From Heterodontus francisci (Eukaryota), in NCBI RefSeq assembly GCF_036365525.1, contig NC_090372.1:146462365-146526364 (forward strand): 64,000 nucleotides of DNA, written 5' to 3'. Under the pieces are notes generated by a model, which made no database searches, was not told the origin of the DNA, and was given only the letters and a program-made list of their open reading frames with translations. Below, piece after piece: positions 13,575-27,426 of this stretch. The first letter of the stretch is position 1, and each line of letters opens with the position of its first letter. The position numbers and the translations under genes were made by a program.

Positions 13575-14220
13575 CTCTGGAATTCCCTCCCTAAACTTTG
13601 CTGCTTGGCAAGCTCATTACTCCTTTAAAACACTTCTTAAAACCTAATTCTTTGACCAAGCTTCTGGTCATCCGCTTTCTTAGTTCCTTATCCTTGCCAA
13701 TCTTGACTCAGTTGCTTGCACTCTTATCTTTGAGTCAGAAGGTTGTGGGTTCATAGTCCCACTCCAGTGCAGTAGTGAGGGTGTACTGCACTGTTGGTCG
13801 ATATGGTCTTTTGAATGTAATGTTAAACTGAAGCCCAGTCTGTCCTCTCAGGTGGATGTAAAAGATCCCATCATACTATGTCAAAGAGGAGAAGTTCTCT
13901 CCAAGTTCCTGGTCAATATTTATCCCTCAATCAACATTACAAAAAACTGATTATCTGTTCATTATTACATGGCTCTTTTTGGGAGTTTGCTGTGCACAAA
14001 TTGGCTGTTTCCTTCATTACAACAGTGACTACACTTCAAAGATACTTCATTGGCTGTAAAGGGCTTTAGGATGTCCTGAGTTTTTGAAAGGTGGTATATA
14101 AATGCAAGTCTTTAGTTTTCTTTTTTGTGGATCGTTGTCAATTTTGGTCGTTACTGATTTTGTGAAGCGCCTTGGGACGTTTTATTACCTTAAAGGTGCT
14201 ATATAAATGTAAGTTGTGTT
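13575..14220 (+). mobile_element. L2 3' end interrupted by a DeuSINE
   Basis: CTCTGGAATTCCCTCCCTAAAC...TTTGACCAAGCTT (13575-13690) resumes as TGTGAAGCGCCTTGGGACG...TATATAAATG (14160-14220). Confidence 0.7.
13703..14112 (+). mobile_element. Deu-domain SINE (SacSINE1-like)
   Basis: GAGTCAGAAGGTTGTGGGTTCA head, CTCTCAGGTGGATGTAAAAGATCCCAT core, and L2-like tail TATATAAATGCAAGTC. Confidence 0.75.
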
Positions 14221-14937
14221 TGTATAATGTATTTATCTTTATCAGTAAAAAAACACAGCAACAATTGGAGAAGTGATGACCTTTCAGAACTTCAGTCATT
14301 GGTGATGTTATTCTGGCTATGATTAATCTGGAAGATTCAGTGCTTTGGGCTTGTTAGCACTTGTTTGTCATACCAGGACACACCATCAGACCATGTGAAA
14401 AGCCATTGAGTAATGGTAGATTTAGCAAAAAACTGTGCTTTGTCTTTATTACAGTAATAATGTATTTTGCATAATGGAATTGAACTTCCAACTGGAAAAT
14501 TGACAAAACTACTATTTTAAATGAAGATAAATGATTGTATTTTCTTGCAATATGTGATCCAAATTTTGTTCTTTATATTCAACATTACCTCAATAAAACG
14601 GTATTGCACTACTATAGTTTTCTATGATAGTGTATTGCAAGTTAAAAAGTCTAAACATTTAGCAGGATGGAGAATGTAAAATAATTATACAGTATTTTAA
14701 TTGCACACATTGTCCAGACTAATGACTTTTAATGATGTTTTTATATGACTGGAAATATTTTTTGAACTTAAGCCAAACTGCAGGATAGCATACATCAAAG
14801 TGAAAAATATTAACAGCACAGTCTATTTAATTACCACATGAGGTCCAAGCCCTGAGCAGTGACTGAAGTCTTATAAAATTATTTTATGCCATAAGCAGAA
14901 AGAATATCCAAGTAGATTCATTAGAGGACTTATGGAA

Positions 14938-15480
14938 GGGATAATGATGATGGTTTGTCCATTGTTGATGATAATGGCAACCTATGATTCATCTCCAATT
15001 AATACAGGTTGTGGGTTTTCATATGGCTGTAAAGTCCGATTTTAATGAGGAATGTTTTCCTTGTGAGATTGACCTGAAGACTGACCGTTCCTTTATTTAC
15101 TTTGGTCTCTCTTTTCTTCAGTTAGTTGGATACCACTTGCTTCAAGCTTTGTTGTGCCATTGCAAATCATCTTTTGCCACTTTTTCCTTTCACAAGCATC
15201 ATTTTTCCAGTGGAGATACCACTTTTTTTTTTAAATTGGTCTTTAGACAATCCTTATCTTTTGAAATGACCACCAAGAGACTATTTGCCAAGCTTCAGCT
15301 CACACTGTAGAATACCTTTGTGTGCAGCATCACGCATTCCAACTAAGTGACGAGCCAGCCTTAGCTGCATCTTTACTCTCGTTGCATCTGTGCCTGACAT
15401 ATTTGTTGTTCTGAATCCTGTCTCACTATCAAATTTTCATGATCATTTTGAGGCAACCTAGTTGGAAATTATTAGTTTTC
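14938..15480 (-). mobile_element. Old RTE LINE 3' fragment
   Basis: Minus-strand remnants QLRLARHL, KLGK.SLGGHFKR and KIGLYSHMKTH, with an (ATC)n tail at ~14940. Confidence 0.65.
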
Positions 15481-15699
15481 TGATGTGGTGACTGTAAGTC
15501 ATCCAGCTATCACACACAATACAGTAGGGTTGCTATAAGTATTGCCTTGTCAACTTTAAATTTTGTTGTCAGTTTAAAGTCCCTTTTATTCCAGAACCTC
15601 ACATGAAGCCTTCCAAAAGCACTACTGACTTTAAACAATCTATAATTTATTTCATCATCTAAAAGTGCATCAAATGACATGGTGCTTCCTCAGTTGGTG

Positions 15700-15875
15700 A
15701 ACCTCACTGGGTCACATTTCTAGAACTCCCTCCCTAACAGCACTGTGGGTGTGCCGACACCACATGGACTGCAGAGGTTCAAGAAGGTGGCTCACCACCA
15801 CCTTCTCAATTTGGGATGGGCAATAAATGCTGGCCTGGCCAGCAATGCTCACATCCCAAGAAGGAATTTTAAAAA
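15700..15875 (+). mobile_element. 5'-truncated 3' end of the tRNA-headed LINE family
   Basis: Matches 30540-30716 (AACAGCACTGTGGGTGT...CACCACCACCTTCTCAA...GCAATAAATGCTGGCC). Confidence 0.85.
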
Positions 15876-15926
15876 TTCACTCCTGACAGTGTGTGCCCTT
15901 TGATGGTCATATTTGGTGGCACACAA

Positions 15927-16582
15927 GGGGCGGAATTTAATGGGCCCCCAGGTGACAGGCTGGGAGGCGGGTAACCCATAAAATTTCAATGTAAGGAGTG
16001 GAGGGCCCATCACCTTCCATTGCCCAGAAGCCAATTGAAGCTCTTAAGTGGCCATTTAATAGCTACTTAAGCGCCTCTTCCCACTGTTGGGGGCGACGTC
16101 TGCCACGCGGAGAGGTCACTCAGTAAAACATGGTGGCTTCCCACGGGATGAGGGGCCCTCCTCCATGGGCCATAGATGGCCCACAGAGGGCACCTGGTGA
16201 ACACCCGCACCCCCCCACCCTCCCGCCGCCGGCCTCAACACTCACCCCACCCTCTTCGCTGGAATGGCCCCGGTCACCCTGCCACACTCACCTTGGGTCC
16301 TGGGTTCCAGCGCTGGCCTGGTCCCAGGCCTGTTGTAATACTAGCAGTGGCCACTGCTGCTGGTGACCTTGCCAGTACTATTGAATTGCCGGCCCTCTGA
16401 TTGGCGGCAACTCTTGGAGGCGGGATCCCAGTCCTTAAAGGGACAGGGAACCCAGAACTAGCCAATTAATTGCCCATGCACCATTGAATTGGGCCAGGGA
16501 GGTGCTCCGAAGGACAGGTGGGTTTCCCCTCACCTTTTCGCCCCACTGCCAGGACCCCCGCCAGATCAACTAAATTCATCCC
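15927..16582. mobile_element. Harbinger-type MITE
   Basis: TIR-like GGGCGGAATTTA / TAAATTCATCCC; a related copy lies in the opposite orientation at 37495-38120. Confidence 0.65.
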
Positions 16583-16796
16583 AAAGTGTTCTTGGGAAAA
16601 GGCTGACATATATAACCTCAATCTCAGACTGACAGTGAAGCCAAATTTCTTATCAGCATCTGAGAAATAGTTCATGTTGACTTGAAGGTCCTCTTCTTTG
16701 CAGACAACAAAAGCAGTCGTCAACAACAACAACCTGCATTTATCTAACACCTTTAACATAGTAAAATGTCCCAAGGTACTCTACAGGAGCATTACA

Positions 16797-19219
16797 GTTC
16801 GCAATTGGGGCAAGGCCAATTTTACTAAACTGAGGAGTGATTAAGCGAAAGTGGACTGGAAACAGCTACTTGAAGGTAAATCAGTGTCAGAGCAGTGGGA
16901 GGCATTCAAAGTGCAGATTCAAGGGGTTCAGAATAAACATGTTCCCACCAAGAAAAAGGATGAGACGGCCAAATCTATAGCCCCATGGAAGCTTATATAA
17001 AAGCAAAATACTGCAGATGCTGGAAATCTGAAATAAAAACAAGAAATACTGGAAATACTCAACAGGTCTGGCAGCATCTGTGGAGAGAGAAGCAGAGTTA
17101 ACGTTTCAGGTCAGTGACCTGACCTGATGAAGGGTCACTGACCTGAAAGGAAATCTGCTTCTCTCTCCACAGATGCTGCCAGACCTGCTGAATATTTCCA
17201 GTATTTCTTGTTTTTATTTCAGATTTCCAGCATCTGCAGTATTTTGCTTTTATATAACAATTTCTTGCTTTTATTCTTATTATTAAAGGAAAGCTTATGT
17301 CCAACACCGAGAACTCAATACCACAGAAAGAGGAGTATAGAAAGTGGTGGGGTGAAATCAAAAAAGAAATTAGGAAAGCAAAGAGAGGGCATGAAAGAAT
17401 ATTGGCAAGCAAAGTCAAGGTGAACCCAAAGATGTTTTATCATTACATTAAGAGTAAGAGGATAACTAAGGAGAGAGTAGGGCCCATAAAAGACCAAAAA
17501 GGTAACCTATGTGTTGGGCCAGAAGATGTTGGTATAGTTCTTAATGAATACTTTGCATCTGTCTTCACAAAAGAGGGGAACGATGCAGATATTGTCGTTA
17601 AGGAGGAGGAATATGAAGTATTGGATGTGATAAACATAGGGAGAGAGGAAATATTAATGGGATTAGCAACCTTGAAAGTTGATAAATCACCAGAGCCAGG
17701 TGAAATGTACCCCAGGCTGTTGAAAGAAGCAAGAAAGGAAATAGCAGAAGGTCTGACCATCATTTTCCAGTCCTCACTAGATACAGGTGTGGTGATGGAG
17801 GACTGGAGAACTGCTAATGTTGTATCTCTGTTTAAAAAGGGATAGGCCGAATAATTACAGGCCAGTAAGTCTAACCTCAGTAGTGGGCAAATTATTGGAA
17901 TCTATTCTGAGAGACAGGATAAACTGTCACTTAGAAAGGCACAGGTTAATCAAGGATAGTCGGCATGGATTGGTTAAGGGGAGAGCTTATTAGACCAACT
18001 TGATTGTATTTTTTGAAGAAGTAACAAGGAAGATAGATGAGGGTAGTGCAGTTGATGTGGTCTACATGGACTTTAGCAAGGCTTTTGACAAGGTCCCACA
18101 CGGCAGACTGTTTAACAAAATAAAATCCCATGGGATCCAGGGAAATGCAGCAAGGTGGATACAAAATTGGCTCAGTGGCAGGAAACAAAGGGGAATTGTT
18201 GACGGGTGTTTTAGTGACTGGAGGACTCTTTCCAGTGGCGTTCCACAGGGCTCAGTACTGGGTCCCCTGCTTTTTGTGATATATATTAACGATTTGGGCG
18301 TAAATGTAAATGGGGGCATGATCAAGAGTTTGCAGACATAAAGATTGGCCGTGTGGTAGATAGCGAGGAGGACAGCTATAGGCTGCAGAATGATATTGAT
18401 GGTCTGGTCAGATGGGCAGAAAAGTGGCGAATGGAATTCAACCTGGAGAAGTGTGAGGTGATGCATTTGGGGAGGTCAAACAAGGCAAAGGAATACACGA
18501 TTAATGGAAAAATACTGAGAAGTGTAGAGGAAGTGAGGGACTGAAGGTAGCAGGACAGGTTGATAAGGTGGTTAAGAGGGCAAATGGAATACTTTCCTTT
18601 ATTAGCCGAGGTATGGAATATTAGAGCAGGGAGGTTATGCTGGAACTGTATAACTCATTGGTTTGACCACAGCTTGAGTACTGTGCAGTTCTGGTCACCT
18701 CATTATAGAAAGGCTGAACTAGAGAGGGTACAGAGGAGATTTATGAGGATGTTGTCAGGACTGGAAAAATGCAGGAATGAGGAAAGATTGGATAGGCTGG
18801 GGTTGTTCTCCTTGGAATAGAGAAGGCTGAGGGACGATCTGATTGAAAAAATGTACAAAATTTTGAGGGGCCCATAGAATGGGTGTGAAGGGTCTATTCA
18901 CCTTAACAGAGAGGTCAGTGATATGGGGGCATAGATTTGAAGTAATTGGTAGAAAAATTAGAGGGGAGATGAGGAAAAGTTTTTTCACCCAGAGGGTGGT
19001 GGGGGTCTGGAACTCACTGCCTGAAAGGGTAGTTGAGGCACAGACCCTCACATCATTCAAAAGGAGTCTGGATATGCACCTCAAGTGCTGTAATCTGCAG
19101 GGCTAGGGACCAAATGCTGGAAGGTGGGATTAGAATAGGTGGATCATTTTTCGGCTGGCGCAGACACGATGGGCCAAGTGGCCTCTTTCTGTGCCTTAAA
19201 CTTTCTATGATTCTATGAT
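16797..19219 (+). mobile_element. 5'-truncated CR1 LINE nested in L2
   Basis: ORFs 17297-17845 and 18000-18341 (MDFSKAFDKVPH, GVPQGSVLGP); (TTCTATGA)n tail. Confidence 0.92.
16993..17257. mobile_element. Palindromic Penelope-type terminal-repeat element with a hammerhead-like core
   Basis: Near-perfect ~125-bp inverted arms; CTGATGA-stem II-GAAA at 17124-17148. Inserted in CR1 with a possible AAGCTTAT duplication. Confidence 0.7.
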
Positions 19220-22200
19220 TGTCAAACAAAATTTGACACTGAGCCACATATGGAGATATGAAGTCCGATGACTTAAAGCTTGGTCAAAGAGGCAGGTTTT
19301 AAGGAGTGTCTTAAAAGAGAAAAGAGAAGTAGAGAGATGAGAGGTTTAGGGGGGAATTCCAGAGCCTAGGGCCTAGGCAACTGAAGCCGCGGCCACCAAT
19401 GGTGGAATGATTCAAATTGGGGATGCTCAAGAGGACAGAAATGGAGGAACATATACCTCGAAGTTGTAGGGCTGGAGGAGATGACAGAATTAGGAGGGGC
19501 GAGGCCACAGAGGGATTTGAGAGCAAGGATGAGAATTTTAAAATAGAGGCTTTGCTTAAACAGGAGCCATTGTAGGTCAGCAAGCACAGGGGTGATGGGT
19601 GAACAGAACTTGGTGCGAGCTAGGAGACAAGCAGCAGGGTTTCGGATGACCTCAAGTGTACGGAGGGTAGAACGTGGAAGGCAGGCCAGAAGTGCATTGG
19701 AATAGTCAAGTCTGGACGTAACAAAGGCATGAAGAGGGTTTTAGCAGCAGATGGGCTGAGGCAGGTGTGGAGTTGGGTGATGTGACTGAGGTGGAAATAA
19801 TGGTTTTGATGGCATGGATCTGTGGTCAGAAGCTCATCTCAGGATCCAGTAAGACACCAGGTTTGCGAACAGTCTGGTTCAGCCTCAGACAGTTGCCAGG
19901 GAGAAGAATGAGGTTGGTGCCGAGGGAATGGAGTTTGTGGAAAGGGCCAAATACAATGGTTTCATTCTTCCCAATATTTAGTTGGAGGAAATTTTGGCTC
20001 ATCCAGTACTTGATATCGGGCATGTAGTCTGATAGTTTAGAGGAGGTGGTAAGGTAGAGCTGGGTGTTGTCAGCTACTTGTGGAAACTGATGCTGTGTTT
20101 TCAAATGATGCTGCCAAAGGGCTGCATGTAGATGAGAAATAGGAGCGGGCCAGGAATAGATCCTTGGGGGACACCAGAGGTTAATGGTGTGGGAGAGGGA
20201 AGAGAAACCTTTGCAGGTGATACTTTTAAACCTTTAAATAGAGACAGTGGGAGAAGGGGAGAGAGAGAGAGAGAGGGAGGGAGACAGATACAGAGAGAGA
20301 CAGGCACAGGAAAGTTCTGTGACAATTATCTCTGGCCCCTCGCTTTGCCTAAACCTCCTGTCTGCCGCGGTCTGTCAGTTGGGTATTAATGCCACCAACT
20401 TCTCTTCCCTGCACCTCCCCTCCACCACCACCCCTGGCTCCTCTGGCCTCAAGTCGGTTTCGCTGTGTTTTTCCCATCACATCAAGTGCTGTTTCCAACA
20501 TCGGGGGGACTGAGAAGCCAGGGGTGGGGGAAGGAGCCAGGGTTGTGGGAGTGGAGGGGAGCCGGGGTAGCCAGACTATTTCTGACCCTCTTTCAGTCAT
20601 GGCAGTCAATCGTGAAAAACTATGATTTTATTGCTGATATTTTCATCTCTACTATCCTGCCTCACAGATTATCACCACTAACTTAGTCCTTCTTTGCTGA
20701 CTTATGCCTGTGATTATCATCCCCAATTCTTTGCGCCTAAAAATCCATGCAAGTTGTGGGCAAATAGGCAAAATTCTCCCATTACTGATCCCTGCGGCTC
20801 TTGCAACGGCGGGACCATCAGTGTGGGCTCCTCCAAGTCCATTGTGCCGCACCGCAGCTTCCGGCTTTCGGCATACATGAGATCACCGAAGGTTGTGGTA
20901 CCATTGCAGTCCTCAGTAGCAGCAAACTTCTCAGCGTTTGCCGCTATTGGGAAAGGAAAGTCCAAGCCAACAGATCATTGGTATCATGTAAACTTTAGTA
21001 CTCAAGAGTCATGTAATAAACTAGATGGTAGAAAATTGTACATGAACTGCACTCAGGATTCTCTGGTGCATTTGGTTCCATAAGCAACTTCAGGTGTTGT
21101 CATTTGCTACATTTATTCAGAATGAACAGAGGTGTCATCTGAAGTCCAATCTAATGTGACCTGGATAAAACTGAATGTATTAGTGTTGTTGTCGGGTACA
21201 GTATGCCACCAGAATACATATCTGGAGAGCTATTCTCACTGCCATCCAAATGTTAGTTAAACTTTTAATGTTAGTAAATAGCAAACAGGAAAGCTGACCT
21301 TTCGCTAGAATGTTTATAAATGGAGTTTAAAAAGTCCCAACTGGTCTCTTTGGAAATTTTTTAAAATTTGGTTTCCAAAAGTTACAATTCTCCTGCAGTC
21401 AGTGCATAGCAGTAGTGGTGTGAGAACCTCCTCCTGCTGACCTTCAGCACTTCCCAGAAAAATTATTGCAGTTTGCCAACTTCATTCCTTATTCATATTG
21501 CGTCTTTCAATGAATGCAACAAGAAAAACTCATTGCATCAACACAAAACTACTCTTTAACTGACCCATAGAACTGGTCCAGCTCAGAGCCTGTCTATGGT
21601 AGTAAATGGCACATAATTACATAATTTCCTTAGTCGGAATACAGGCCTCTACATAAACTGGCACATAGCCAGCTTGTTAAAATAATTACAGCTGTTTGCT
21701 GGCCAATTACATGACAGCACTAAATATAAAACCTAGGTCAGTGCAAAGCAGTCACCTATTAGGTGGAATAATTTGGGCTAATGGCATTCTAACAGTAAGA
21801 TGACATTGGAACTGACATTCAAATAATCGGTGCAAATACTTTGCTGTGGAAATGTTGCAAATTCCTTGCATCTAAGTTCAATAGTTGCTCACAAACATGG
21901 GAACCCTTCAAATCTTTGTATTTTAAAGCAACTGAAACCTAAACTACTCGACTTTCTCAGGATATAATTTTTAAAGTACTCTTATTTTATGAAGTCATTC
22001 TAATTTGATTTTTAACAGTTATGCAGCAAATTCTGTTGCTACAATTTGCATTGTTCAAAAAATATAAAGCAATCAGAAGCCTTGCAAAATTGCTGCAGAT
22101 TATTAGGATTTCGTAGAAGCAGAGCTGGCCTTAGGCACCCATAACAGCACAACTATGGGTGGTCCCTGAGGCACAGAGCACCTACCTTGTCACTATATAC

Positions 22201-24483
22201 TGTCAGCTGCAAAATGTGAAATTGAACTGATGAAGCTGAATGTTAAGTTTAGGAAGGTTCAGAACTTCACAAGTGACAGGTAGGTGTTGTGACAATTAAA
22301 TGCAGTAACGATAGTAACGGTACACTTCCACTGAGTAATGTCCTACAAAATTCATGCAGTGATGCTTTTACTCCAATTTTATCAAATGAAAACCTGCAAC
22401 AAAATGACTTGCAGAAGTGCAAATAAACTTTGGTTACAGCAATCCTGTTGTAATTCTGCCTGGCTTGAAAACATAAATCTAAATGTAAATGTACGCAATG
22501 CACTACAATACAATGGAGGGTATTGGTGTTAACACAGGAACATAAGAAATAGGAGCAGGAGTAAGCCATTCAGCTCCTCGAGCCTGCTCCGCCATTCAAT
22601 TAGATCATGGCTGATCTTCTACTTCAACACCATTTCCCCGCACTATCCCATATCCCTTGGTATCTTTAATATCTAGAAATCTATCAATCTCTGTCCTGAA
22701 TATACTCAATGAGTGAGCCTCCACAGCTCTCTGGGGTAGAGAATTCCAAAGATTCACCACCATCTGAGTGAAGAAATTCCTCCTCCTCTCAGTCCTAAAT
22801 GGTCTACCTCTTATTTTGAGACTGTATCCCCTGGTTTTAGATCCCCCCAGCGCCCCCCGCCCCCCACAACCCCAGCCAGGGAAACATCCTTCCTGCATCT
22901 ACCCTGTCAAGCCCTGTAATAATTTTGTATGCTTCAATGGGCTCACCTCTCATTCGTCTAAACTCTAGAGGATAGGCCCAGTCTCCTCAATCTTTCCTCA
23001 TAGGACAATCCCAGCATCCCAGAGATCAGTCTGGTGAACCTTCATTGCATTCCCTCTATAGAAAGTATACTCTTCCTTAGGTTAAGGAGACCAAAACTGT
23101 ATACAATACAGTTGTATTGGTGCAGTCTCACCAAGGCTTTATACAATTGCAGCAAGATTTCTTTACTCTTGTACTCAAATCCTCTTGCAATAAAAGCCAA
23201 GATACCATTTGCCTTCCTAATTGCTTGCTGCACCTGCATGTTAGCTTTCAGTGACTTATGAACAAGGACACCCAGGTCCCTTTGCACATCAACACTTCCC
23301 AATCTCTCACCATTTAAGAAATACTCTGCACTTCTGTTTTTCCTACCAAAGTGGATAACTTCACATTTTTTCCACATTATATTCCATCTGCCATGTTCTT
23401 GCCCACTCATTTAGCCTGTATAAATTCCCTTGAAACCTCTTTGTATCCTCTTCACAACTCACATTCTCACCTAGCTTTGTGTCATCAGCAAATTTGGAAA
23501 TATTACATTTGGTCCCCACATCCAAATCATTGATATAGATTGTGAATAGCCGGGAACCAAGCACTGATCCTTGCATTACCACACTAGTCACAGTCTGCCA
23601 ACCTGAGAATGACCCATTTATTCCTACTCTGTTTTCTGTCCGTTAACCAATTCTCAATCCATGCCGGTATATTACCCCCACTCCCATGTGCTCTAATTTT
23701 GCTCATTAACTTCCCGTGTGGGACCATATCGAAAGCCTTCTGAATATCCAAATATACCACATCCAATGGTTCCCCCTTATCTATTCTGCTAGTTACATCC
23801 TCAAGGTTTGTCAAACATGATGTCCCTTCCATAAATCCATGTTGACTATACCCAATCCTACCATTATTTTCTAAGTGCCCAGTTATCACATCCTTTATAA
23901 AATAGATTCCAGCATTTTCCCTACCGCTGATGTCAGGCTAACAGGCCTGTAGTTCCCTATTTTCTCTCTCCCTCCTTTCTTAAAAAGTGGGGTTACTTTT
24001 GCCATCTTTCAATCTGCAAGAACCACTCCAGAATCCATAGAATTTTGGAAGATCACCACCAACACATCCACTATCTCTACAGCCACCTCTTTCAACACTC
24101 TTGAGATGTAGATCATTAGGTTCAGGGGATTTATCAACTTTCAGTTCCATTAATTTCTCCAGTACTACCTTTTTACTAATACTAATTTCTTTCAGTTCCT
24201 CATTCTCCCTGGTCCCTTGGTTCTCTAGTATTCCCGGGAGGTTTTTATATCCTCCTCCGTGAAGACAGACACAAAGTATTTGTTTAGTTTCTCTGCCATT
24301 TCCTTATTCCCCATTATAAATTCCCCTGTCTCTGCCTTTTAGGGCCCACATTTGTCTTTGCTAATCTTTTCCTTTTTAGATAACTATAGAAGCATTTACC
24401 GTCCATTTTTATGTTTCTTGCTAGTTTGCTTTCATATTCTATACTCTCTTTCTTTATCAGTTTCTTGTACCTCCTTTGCTGAA

Positions 24484-24570
24484 TTAAGATCAGCCATGAT
24501 CTTATTGAATGGCGGAGCAGGCTCGAGGGGCCGGACGGCCTACTCCTGCTCCTAGTTCTTATGATCTTAT
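24484..24570 (+). mobile_element. Very short CR1 3'-tail insertion
   Basis: GATCAGCCATGATC...GGCCTACTCCTGCTCCT...(CTTATGA)n, flanked by duplicated TGAATT. Confidence 0.75.
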
Positions 24571-25626
24571 GAATTCTAAAATGTTCACAATCCTCAGGCA
24601 TACTACATTTTGGCAACATTATATGCCTTTTCCTTTGATCTAATACAATCTTTGACTTCTCTTGTTAGCTATGGTTAGATCACCTTTCCTGTTGGGTTTT
24701 TGTGACTCAAAGGAATGTAAATTTATTGTAAACCATGTATTAATTATTTAAGTGCTGGCCATTGCCTGTGTATAGTCATACCTTTTAATGTAGTTTCCAA
24801 ATCTACCACAGCCAATTTGCCCCTGATACCTTTGTAGTTTCCTTTATTGAGATTTAAGGCCCTAGTTTTAGATTGATCTACATCACTTTCAAATGTACAA
24901 TTCCATCATATTATGATCACTCTTCTCTAAAGGCTCTTTTACAATGAGATTATTAACTAGCCCTTTCACATTGTAGAATACAAGATCTAAAATAGCCTAT
25001 TCTCTAGTTGGTTCCTCAACATACTGTTCTAGAAAACCATCTCATATACATTCCAGGAATTCATCCTCCACAGCATTAGTTCTAATTAGGTTTACCCAGT
25101 CTATATGTAGATTGAAATCTACCATGATTACTGCATTACCCTTGTTAATGCATCTCTAACTTCCTGATTTATACTGTGCCCTACATTATCACTGCTGTTT
25201 GGTGGCCTATAGACAACTCATACCAATGTTTTCTGCTCATTGCTGTTACTTAGCTCCACCCAAACTGATTCTACATCTTCATCTTCCAATCTAAGATCCT
25301 CTCTTACTAATGTACTGATCTTAACCTTTATTAAAAGCACTACCCTACCTCCTTTTCCTTTTTGCCTATCCTTACTAAATGTCAAATACTCTTCGATATT
25401 CAGTTCCCAGCTTTGGTCACCCAGCAGCCACGTCTCCGAAATGACAATTAGATCATACCTATTTACTTCCATTTTTGCCATCAATTCATCCACCATGTTG
25501 TTAATTCTGTGTGCATTCAGATAGAGTGTCTTTAATTCTGTCTTTTTGGATTATTTTCGCACCCTCTAGCCTTATCTACTGGTGCCCACTCTTCAGTTTG
25601 TACTCTCTGTCCCTTCCTGCCACACT

Positions 25627-26355
25627 CATACATATGAACATACGAATTAGGAACAGGAGTAGGCCATTCAGCCCCTTTGTGCCTGCTCTGCCATTTAATT
25701 AGATCATGGCTGACCTGATTGTGGCCTCAACTCCACTTTCCCACCTACACCCGATACCCTTTGACTCCCCTGTTAGTCAAGAATTTATCTACATTTGCCT
25801 TAAAAATATTCAATGACCTTGCTTCCACCACTCTCTGGGGAAGAGTTCCAAAGACTCACAAACCTCTGAGAGAAAAAAATTCTCCTTATCTCCATTTTAA
25901 ATGTGCATACCCTTATTTTTAAACTGTGTCCCCTCGTTCTAATCTCTCCCAGAAGGGGAAACATCCTTTCAGCATCCACCCTGTCAAGTCCCTTCAGGAT
26001 CTTATATGTTTCAATAAGATCACCTCTCATTTTTCTAAACTCCAATGAATACAGACCCAACCTTTCCTCATAAGATAATGCCCCCCACCCCACATCCCAG
26101 GGAGCAGTCGAGTGAACCTTCTCTGCACTGCCTCTAACGCATTTATATCCTTTCTCAAAACTGTACACAGTCCTCCAGATGTGGCCTCACCAATACCCTA
26201 TACAACTGGAGTAAAACATCCCTACTTTTATATTCCATTCCCTTTGCAATAAACGACAGCATTCCATTTGCCTTCCTAATTACTTGCTGTATCTGCATCG
26301 CAACCTTTTGTAATTTAAGTACCAGGACACCCAGATCCCTCAATACCTCAGAGTA
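25627..26355 (-). mobile_element. 5'-truncated CR1 nested in the previous CR1
   Basis: ORFs 25800-26168 and 26155-26343 (RPHLEDCVQF), with its own tail at ~25630. Confidence 0.85.
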
Positions 26356-27426
26356 CCTCCCCCTTATCGATTCCCTTAATACTACCTTGCTCTCTTGCCT
26401 TGTCCTCTTTCTTTAATTTACCACAGCTTCCCTCATTCAATCCCTTGCCCCACTATTTAGTTTAAAGCCCTCTGTGCTGCCCCAGTTATATGTGCTGCCC
26501 CAGAATACTGGTCCCAGCACGGTTCAGGGGAAGACCGCCCCAATGGTACAGCTCCCACTTTCCCCAGTACTGGTGCCGGCACCCCATGAATCAACACCCT
26601 GTTTTCCTACACCAGTCTTTGAGCCACACATTTAACTCTCTAATCTTATTTACTGTACTCCAATTTGCTCATGGTTGAGGTAATAATCCAGAGATTAAAG
26701 GTAATAATCCAGAGATTATTACCTTTGAGAATCTGCTTTTTAATTTAGCCCCTATCTGCTCATACTCTCTAAGTAGAACCTCTTTCCTAGTCCTACCTAT
26801 TTCATTGGTACCTAACGGACCACGACAACTGGATCCTCCCCCTCCCACTGTAGGTTCCTCTCCAGCCCAGAGCAGATAGCCTGAACCCTAGCACCAGGCA
26901 GGCAACACAGCCTTCTGGACTCTCGCTCTCAGCTGAAGAGAACGGTGTCTATCCCCCGACTATACTGCCCCTACTACAACTACATTCCTATGTACTCCCC
27001 CACTTGAATGGGTTTTATGTACCACGGTGCCATGGTCAGTTTGCTCATTCACCCTGCAGCCCTCTCATCCATACAAGATGCAAGAACCTCGAACTTGTTG
27101 GACAATTGAAAGGGCTGATGCTTCCCCACTTCTACCTTCTTGATCCTCTAATCTGCCTCACTTGCAGTCACACCCTCCTGTCCCTGACCATGGTCCAAAT
27201 CAGATGACTCTATCCTTAGTGATGTGAGCACCTCTGGAACAAAGTGTCCAGGTAACGTTCACCCTCCCTGACAGGTCACCGTTAATTATTTTGATCACTG
27301 GGATGATAAAACAAACCTAAAGTACCCATTTCCATACATTTGATTTTGAATTTTAAGGGATTGAAAGAAAGAATAGTGACAGAGGAATTTCATACAAGTG
27401 TGCTAAGCATTTGTACAATAACATTA

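Larger units (their letters stand above)
16721..20225 (-). mobile_element. L2 LINE 3' portion, split by a CR1 insertion
   Basis: (TTG)n tail at 16721; sequence breaks at ~16795 and resumes at ~19220. Peptides GVPQGSIPGPLLFLIYM, ADNTQLY, WMSQNFLQLN and FSCLGPRLWNS. Confidence 0.85.
22534..27270 (-). mobile_element. Near full-length decayed CR1 (ORF1 esterase and ORF2) with two nested CR1 pieces
   Basis: RT fragments 22605-23889, APE fragment 25218-25496 (YDLIVISETWL), ORF1 remnant 26450-27000. Confidence 0.88.

Noticed and set aside
14984-15310. 108-aa + strand ORF
   Set aside because: Antisense to a decayed RTE LINE.
20652-21083. Overlapping ORFs of 65-129 aa suggesting a nested gene
   Set aside because: No recognisable domain or convincing splice sites; the end GAAAGTCCAAGCC resembles MITE termini.
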